Notes under the pieces: generated by a model | Databases searched by the model: none | What the model was told of the DNA's origin: nothing | Seen by the model: the letters and a program-made list of their open reading frames with translations, nothing else | Made by a program: the position numbers and the translations under genes | Assembly (NCBI GenBank): GCA_013265495.1 | Contig: MU058532.1 | Coordinates: forward strand, 1 to 64,000 | DNA length: 64,000 nucleotides | Source: Vicugna vicugna | Taxonomy: Eukaryota | Reading direction: 5' to 3' | In this document: in pieces, positions 55,326 to 64,000 of the stretch | Numbering within the stretch: the stretch's first letter is position 1 | How the letters are laid out: each line of letters opens with the position of its first letter

Positions 55326-56084
55326 CTATCAAAAGATGATCAGGACAAATGTCAACATATCGGAAATGTGGTAAATAAATGATTATGGGCCATACCACAC
55401 ACACACACACACACACTGCTAATGAAACAAGACAGACCGGCACAAGAAGAAGACTACCGGGCTGGAGGTTAGGAACTGACGACCCCTGGTCCTGGCTCCT
55501 TCACTACCAGGCCCCATGATGTGGATTATCCTTTCCCCTTCCTTAGGTCTCAGTTTCACAACCTATAAAATGAGTATGTTGAATTAAACAATCGCTAAGT
55601 TTTCTTCCTCTCAAAAACTTTTTTCTAGGATTTTACAAAATGGACCTAATTCCCATTCTTCACTGACTATATGTGATGGCTCATATGGCCGATGTGTGAG
55701 AACCTCCCTAAATTTTCTTCCATTTCTAGATTCCACGAGTGTCTATAGTCACAAAGGCTAGAGTAGCTTGTATTTAATTAATTATTTAATTTAAAAAATC
55801 CAGTAAAATATTCAAATCCTCAAAAGGACCAAGAGTTTGGGCCCCTTTCCACACTAGCCCTTTTCCCTACTGGCCCTTCTCTCTAAAACTAGTAATAAGT
55901 CCCGTCAGAGGCTGTTTTATGTATTATCTCACTTTTCTTCTCCTGTTCCCTCTCAGGGAAAATCGTTGACAACAGAAAACCAGCCAAAAGGCAGTGAGGA
56001 GAAAAGCATAAAGCCAGTCTACAGCCCAGAGAGTGAGTCCCCACGTCAGTCGCAGTCAGCCGCCATCCCCTAAGCAGGCCTCAC

Positions 56085-56210
56085 CTGAACACGTCTTCTT
56101 GTCAGCATTCAGGGAATAGCCTTGGCTGCACTCACAGTGGTGCTTGCCTCCCCCGTCACTGACACACACGTGCTGGCACTGGTGTGTGCCAAGCACGCAT
56201 GGGTCCAGAG
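56085..56210 (-). pseudogene. MATN3: MATN3 exon 3 (EGF1), open
   Basis: 126 nt; LDPCVLGTHQCQHVCVSDGGGKHHCECSQGYSLNADKKTCS. Confidence 0.93.
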
Positions 56211-57787
56211 CTGTGCAAAGAAATTTATAACAGTCAGTGTTGACACGTAAGAAGCATTTTAGATAGTTTCTCTCCCATGTCAAAAACACATTGCTCTCTA
56301 GGTTCCTCTCCAATGCTATCTTTAGTTCACTATAAAAACTGGCTCTTTTCCTCTGTCCCTGGCCTATTACAAATACCACTCTTAGTAATGTTTAAATTAG
56401 TAACTAGTAATGTTACTAATTTAAAATCATAGATCTTGCGGTTGACTTCTCAAAGGATAAAGGGAATTTTGAATTTGGAGGCCTAGCCAAACATTTACAG
56501 GAGGCAGGCAATTTGATATTTTATTCAGCATATCCACCTGACCAGAAAAAAAGACTTTTGCTTCCCAACAAGAAACAGGGAGAACAATAAAGTACTTCCT
56601 GAAGTTCTATGAGCTAGTGGTCCCACTGCAACCAGAACCCAGATTGCAAGGGTTCTATAGTTGTGTCTAAACAGAATTCACACTCAGACACTCCTCTCAG
56701 CCTGGAACCCACTCACTCTTGGGCAGCAAGATGTGTTTGAACATGCAAATGGTGGAGGGCAATGCAGGTAACTGTCTTCTGAATATGCAACATGGGTTCC
56801 TGAACTCAAATGTATTTGCATGCAACCTCAGGGGCTCTCCTATCTGCCAGGAGAATAAACTCATATGCTATACACAAACCGGTAAAAAGAAAAGGAAAAA
56901 CACAATAAATAAGATTATGTTAGCTAAACTGCATCTCCATCTTTTTGCTCCTGGAGTCATTTCTATCTCTTTGGATTTTTTTTTTCCTAGTGACATGTTT
57001 TGATAGAAGAATCAATGAAGGAGTCATTTCTGAGAAACCAAGGAGGCCTTTTGGAGGAGGCCGGCACCCTCATGGCAGGTTACCCAGCCTCCACTTTTTG
57101 GCAACAGGATAAGGCTAATATTTTCCTAAGAAGGGCCTTTTCATGGAATAATCTTTCCAGCCCGTTGACTACAACAAGCTACCCCTCAGTCTTTTTTCCA
57201 TAGAGGGGACATTTTTCCCCAGAACAAGCAGGCCTTTTGTACCAGAATGAAAAGATGGCCACTCACCACTTGTTACTGTATGTCCTTCAACCCCCAACCC
57301 CAGGTGCTAGCTTTGAGACCCAGCCTTGCCACAGACTAGTATCTTTATGCAAAAGCTCTCACCCACAAGCACAAGGGGTTTTCTTGGGAGAAAGAAAGCC
57401 ATTTTCTTTTGGGAAACCAATGAATGCCGAGTAGATGCCACCAAAGCCAAGGACAGTTTGTGAAGGCCCAGTGTCCTGGGGCAGGAAAGACAAGGGGGCC
57501 TCAGCCAGGTCTGGCTTAGGTCTTGACAGAGACTTCATCTCCCATTTCCTGACAAATTGTTGACTGCTGAGTTTCACCTTCATTTATATAAAAAGTCTCC
57601 TTGAAATTTATAATTGTAATTATTGATTCACTTGTTTGTCTCATCCCCACCCTCAGACTGTTGCTGGATAGTAGAGAGGGACTACCTTTCTCTTTGTATC
57701 GTCAGTGATCAATAAATGCATGTTGAAAATACAAAATGTGGAATAGATTATATAGCCAAAGGTATCTACATTTTAAAATTCACCTGA

Positions 57788-57931
57788 ACAGGGCAGTGCC
57801 CGGATATAGCTCAAGTGGTAAAGTGCATGCTTAGCATGCAGGAGGTCCTGGGTTCAATCCCCAGTACCTTCTCTAAAAATAAATAAACTAAATATATCCC
57901 TCCTCTAAAAAAAAAGTAATAATAACACTGC
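57788..57931 (+). mobile_element. Vic-1-like SINE with 14-bp TSD
   Basis: TAAAATTCACCTGA at 57774-57787 and 57932-57945. Confidence 0.85.
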
Positions 57932-58810
57932 TAAAATTCACCTGAGCTAGAAATCTGTCCACACCTACCTGGATAATTCCACAGGGGGCTTTGAAAGATT
58001 ATCTACAAATGACAAAAAACATAAAGCATGAATATAGAGAGAAATAGAAATTTTAAGAAGAAAAACAAAACTAAAATTAAAATTAAAATTAAACAGTTTG
58101 AGTCCCACAAATTCGCAATTCTGATCAGTGACTAAAAGCAAACATCAGCTTTGAATGGATTCATATTCGTGGATTTGGCTGATTCATGCTAAAAAGTCTA
58201 ATTAAATCAGCATATTCGTATTTAAACTCTATCCTAAAGGAAGAAAGGAGGACAGTAACAGAACGATCAGAAAACAAAAAAACAAAAACAAAAAATACCC
58301 TGCTTTGTGCTAGCTCATGAGCGAGCTGAAATCTCAGTCTCCCTGGTCCCTAATCCTGCCCATCCACAAGGAGTAATCTGAGAAAGAGCCAACCTGAAAA
58401 CTGGAGTATTCCTTTGTGTGCACTCCGACAGTTCTGCTGGAATGTAAGCCTGCTGATTCTTCTGTGGATGGACACACTTCCCCGTTTTCTGCAGGAAAAC
58501 AAACAGGGTTCTGTTAAACCTAGAGATGGTAAAACTAAAGAAAACATCTGGAAAAACTGTGGAGGGCAGAAGGGAGAAAAGAGATGTCTTGAGTTATTTA
58601 TTTATTTATTTATTTTCCTGACCCCATCAGGGAACACAGGATCATTTATCCTGGATATTTCCAAAACTTCACATTTCTAATGCAAACATGAAGATTTTAT
58701 GAGCAAACCAAGTTACATATATAAGGCAGCTCTATATTCCTAATCAACAAATTGTGTTTAAATTCATTTTAAAAAAAGCACAAAAAAATTATTTATAAAA
58801 GTTTTCCTTA

Positions 58811-59468
<658 letters not shown>

Positions 59469-59746
59469 CTGCAAATAAGGGTGTGGGGAACAGAAATGAC
59501 TAAGCCATGATCAGACCACAGTCAGAAACTCGGCAGTTCTCCCACCTGGAGAGCTCTGGGGTTGGAGACCAGGCAACACAGCATCCTCTGACCCCATGTT
59601 ACCCCCGTTTGCTTACTTGCCCAAGACCACCCTCCGTTTGGATGTTGAAAGCACTGAGGCCTTCAGAACACACTAGTGAGAATTCACATAAAGGTGTGAC
59701 TTTCCCTAAACATCTCTCCTATGGACTGGCTAAGCCCTCACATTTC

Positions 59747-60532
59747 ACTTGGAGTCTCATCCCTCTGTGTAAAGTTCTGCTCAAAGGTTCCTCTTGACTC
59801 TCAGGAATAAATGGATTCCAGACCTTTCTTGGGCACTTTGTGCACCTCAGGCAACGGGACAGTGCCTGAACCATGAGACAGGGCAGCCTCACGGCTCACT
59901 CCCCTGCCCAGGCCTCACAGACCCCTCAGGCAATGGCAGTTTGAGGCGAGGCACACGTGTCTCCTGGTGGCGTCATTCTTTTACTCCACTCCCAAGGCGG
60001 TGAAGACTACTCCAGAGTGGCCCTAAATTCTCCCTCCAACTGGTCATTCACTCATGTTTAGTGGATTTTGGGGCCCAGCTAGCACTGAGCTATAGCTTGA
60101 AAGTGGAAAGAAGCAGATTAAGTGGAACTTAATCTGATAACTTGGAGTCTCATCCCTCTGTGTAAAGTTCTGCTCAAAGGTTCCTCTTGACTCTCAGGAA
60201 TAAATGGATTCCAGACCTTTCTTGGGCACTTTGTGCACCTCAGGCAACGGGACAGTGCCTGAACCATGTGACAGGGCAGCCTCACGGCTCACTCCCCTGC
60301 CCAGGTCTCACAGACCCCTCAGGCAATGGCAGTTTGAGGCGAGGAACATGTGTTCTCCTGGTGGCATCATTCTTTTACTCCACTCCCAAGGCGGTGAAGA
60401 CTACTCCAGAGTGGCCCTAAATTCTCCCTCCAACTGGTCATTCACTCATGTTTAGTGGATTTTGGGGCCCAGCTAGCACTGAGCTATAGCTTGAAAGTGG
60501 AAAGAAGCAGATTAAGTGGAACTTAATCTGAT
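59747..60532. repeat. Tandem duplication, 2 x ~392 bp, about 6 differences
   Basis: 59747-60138 and 60140-60532. Confidence 0.95.
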
Positions 60533-60807
60533 CCATGTGTATTGCATTTGCATCTTTGTGAACATGTCTTGTTTAAGAAGCAGAGATTTTGACTTGATCT
60601 CCATCCTACGGCCCCCACCGAACTCTCTTAGTGACCTCTTTCATTTTTCATTTACCAAATTTTTTTCTTGAAAGCTTACTGGGTATTAAGCCAAAGGGCT
60701 ACTAAAGCAAGTCAGCCAGATTCTCTGCCCTCAAGGAACTTGTATCTTTCCCACACGAAAGGACCTGGCATGTTGTAGCTACATAGTACATTTCTGTTTT
60801 CATCTCA

Positions 60808-61654
60808 TCTTATTCATTCCCCTCTGACAATCTCATTCTACTCTCCTCTCTCTCCTAGCCACCAAAATCAAGTCCAAAAGTCTGGCCAGGCTAAGAGAGA
60901 AGCCTTTTTCAGGTCATTCCTCCTTCTGTTCCAGCACATACCCACACACACACGCACACACACATCATATACACCAAGCCCTAAATGGAAACGAGATACC
61001 TGAGCATGACGTGTCATTAGGATCATTAGGGTCTTTCCTAATAGGGGGCTGGAAATTGATGCTACTCTAAGAAGGCAATTTACTTCGTGTATAGCGGGGG
61101 AACAAATAGGTATTTATTTCTTCAAAATAAATTCCTAGGCTAAGCAGTTAATGACAGAAAAAGCCCTGTCTGGAACAGGAATTATGCATCTATATAGATT
61201 TCTTTTAAAAACTGAAAACTATCCTCTTGGTATGTCTTATTCATTCCCCTCTGACAATCTCATTCTACTCTCTTCTCTCTCCTAACCACCAAAATCAAGT
61301 CCAAAAGTCTGGCCAGGCTAAGAGAGAAGCCTTTTTCAGGTCATTCCTCCTTCTGTTTCAGCACATACCCACACGCACACGCACACACACATCATATACA
61401 CCAAGCCCTAAATGGAAACGAGATACCTGAGCATGACGTGTCATTAGGGTCTTTTCTTTCCTAATAGGGGGCTGGAAATTGATGCTACTCTAAGAAGGCA
61501 ATTTACTTCGTGTGTAGCGGGGGAACGAATAGGTTTTTATTTGTTCAAAATAAATTCCTAGGCTAAGCAGTTGATGACAGAAAAAGCCCTGTCTGGAACA
61601 GGAATTACGCATCTATATAGATTTCTTTTAAAAACTGAAAACTATCCTCTTGGT
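60808..61654. repeat. Tandem duplication, 2 x ~420 bp, diverged
   Basis: 60808-61231 and 61235-61654; about ten substitutions plus small indels. Confidence 0.95.
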
Positions 61655-62118
61655 TTTATCCTGATTCCTAGATGTATTTAATTAGAAAAGTAAATAATAT
61701 TCTACTTTCAGTAACCTTTTGGCGATCATAGGATTCCAACACCACAACCCTGTGATGTCAGAGATGCAGAGGTTGTTCTTATTCCCATTTTACAGGTGAG
61801 AAACCTGAGTCTCAAGGAGGTATAAGAGCTTGAAAGCTGTAGAACATAGATTGGATTCCAGGTTTCCTAACTCCTATCCCAAAGGGACTTTTCACTGCAT
61901 AGTTGCCTCTCTCTGAGGCAACATTTTCCACCACAGAAATCAACATTATCTCATATACCTAGTAAACATCCTGCATGTTGACTTTGAGCCACCAGCCTGA
62001 AATATGCTGTATAACATGTATTTAGCTAAGTCAAAAAGACTTAATTCTTTTTTTTTTAAACAACTCCAGAATTTCATTTCATCCCTGATTGCTATGCATC
62101 AAGAGCAAAGAAGAAGAA

Positions 62119-63041
62119 AGTCTTTCTGGAGGATGGATCTGGATGTTTTTGCACAACTGGAGTAAAAGGAAAACTATGTATCTAGCAATGCTGTCACTAA
62201 CACCCAAATGATGCCCTTACTAATATCTAGGTTATGTTTTTAAAAATAAACATGCAGGATTCCTTCCTTCTCCAGTTGGTTTTTCACATGGAATCATCTA
62301 TGGGAGGTTACAGAGGGTAAGGTGGGCAGAATAACCCCCCTCACCTCATGAATATGTCCATATCCTAATCCCCAGAACCTGTAAGTATGTTAATTTATGT
62401 AAAGGAGACGTTGCAGGTGTGGTTAAAGATTTGTGATGAGGAGGCTATCCTGGATTATTCTGGTGGGTCCAATGTAATTACAGAAGCCCATAAAAGCGGC
62501 AGAGGGAGGCAGAAGAGGAAATTTGAGAGATGGCATGTGAGAAGGACTCACCCTGCCTTTGGTGGCTTTGAAAATGGAGTCTTTCTGGAGGATGGATCTG
62601 GATGTTTTTGCACAACTGGAGTAAAAGGAAAACTATGTATCTAGCAATGCTGTCACTAACATCCAAATGATGTCCTTACTAATATCTAGGTTATGTTCTT
62701 AAAAGTAAACATGCAAGATTCCTTCCTTCTCCACTTGATTTTTCACATGGAATCATCTATGGGAGGTTACAGAGGGTGAGGTGGGCAGAATAACCCCCCT
62801 CACCTCATGAATATGTCCATATCCTAACCCCCAGAAACTGTAAGTATGTTAATTTATGTAGTAAAGGAGACGTTGCAAGTGTGATTAAAGACTTGCGATG
62901 AGGAGGCAATCCTGGATTATTCTGGTGGGTCCAATGTAATTACAGTAGCCCATAAAAGCGGCAGAGGGAGGCAGAAGAGGAAATCCGAGAGACGGCATGT
63001 GAGAAGGACTCACCCTGCCTTTGGTGGCTTTGAAAATGGAG
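62119..63041. repeat. Tandem duplication, 2 x ~460 bp, diverged
   Basis: 62119-62577 and 62578-63041, AG microhomology at the junction; roughly 20 differences by eye. Confidence 0.95.
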
Positions 63042-63272
63042 GGGGAAATCCACGAACCAAGGAATGAGAGCAGCCTCTACAAACTGGAAAAGACAAAGAA
63101 ACAGATTCTCCCCTAAGATCTTTCCAAAAGGAACGCAGCCCTGCTGACACCTTAATTTTAGTCCAGTGAGACTAGTGTCAGAGTTCTGATCTACAGAATT
63201 CCTGGATAATAAATGTGTGTTGTTTTAAGCCACTAAGTTTGTGGTAATTTTTACTACAGGAGTAGAAAATAC
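62780..63272 (+). mobile_element. MaLR (MLT1-type) solo LTR; truncated duplicate at ~62321-62579
   Basis: GGCAGAATAA...ATGTCCATATCCTAA...CCTGGATTATTCTGGTGGGTCCAATGTAAT...AATAAATGTGTGTTGTTTTAAGCCACTAAGTTTGTGGTAAT. Confidence 0.75.
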
Positions 63273-64000
63273 AGGGGGCCTGACTCGGATGGCAGGACAT
63301 TCTGTGATTATCTGCTCACTTCCTGATTTGGACCCTCTCCTCACTGTTTTTGAATCTCATTCCTCTTTACTAGTTAACAGCACTTTGATTCTCAGAAACC
63401 AAGAAAATGGAGAATCTGAATTTCCTAAAATGCTTCCCTATTCACAGTAATTGTTAATTTCTGATAGTTCCACTAGAAATAAAAGCCCATAGCAAAGCTT
63501 AGCAATTTCTGGATGCAAAAAGGAGGGAATTTGGAAAAGAGTGCAATGTGGTGTTTGTTAAAGAGTTATCATTCAATATTGAGTTGGATCCCAGGTAATG
63601 AAGGACGAGTGCTGCTTAGGGGAAATATGACCACTCCATGCAGAATCCCTCCTCCCTCTCCCAGTTCCATCCCCAAGGGAAGTGGATCAGGACCAGAGGT
63701 AATATTTAATTCTGGGAGACAAGTTTCTCCCCTATCCCCATTCCTGCCTGGCCTGGAGCAACCAACTAGCTACCAGCTGAATTTAACCATTGTAAACCCT
63801 GGCACAGCCCGTCTCAATGACAATGCTCTCACCATTTCAAATCCAGCCCAGTGGAGCTGGGGCAGGGAAGAATCCCTTGTGCTTTTCATCAACATTATCC
63901 AGAAAGGTGCAGGAGGGGTAAACAACACAAATCAGGCTGAGGCAGATGAAACTGGCCAGATGAGACTCAACATCCAGAAAATGGTTTGGGGCAGCCTCTC

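Overview
This is AT-rich mammalian genomic DNA, most likely from a camelid: it carries six copies of a Vic-1-type tRNA-derived SINE and camelid-like L1 tails. It is the WDR35-MATN3 neighbourhood (human 2p24.1 order), with both genes on the minus strand. WDR35 (IFT121, IFT-A complex) is present from its CpG-island promoter and ATG (43050) through coding exon 25 (602), giving 2991 nt of exon sequence; the last exons lie beyond position 1. MATN3 (matrilin-3) is present from exon 2 (vWA domain, 59468) to the last exon (~46330), including the matrilin U12-type AT-AC last intron; exon 1 lies beyond 64000. Both genes look degraded. MATN3 has a 13-nt frameshifting deletion in the vWA exon, frameshifts in two EGF exons, a 3-nt deletion and loss of its stop codon. 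WDR35 has open exons but a GT>TT splice-donor change at exon 7, a 6-nt deletion in exon 6 and many replacements at normally conserved residues. Because WDR35 is essential, the best explanation is a duplicated, decaying WDR35-MATN3 paralogous block rather than the functional locus. The window also holds a processed RNFT1 pseudogene in WDR35 intron 2 (with a possible 9-nt microexon), a 5x35-bp minisatellite and four ~400-460-bp tandem duplications that may be real or assembly artefacts. Comparisons with human proteins rely on recalled sequences and need an alignment to confirm. No prokaryotic systems, CRISPR arrays or real tRNA genes were found.
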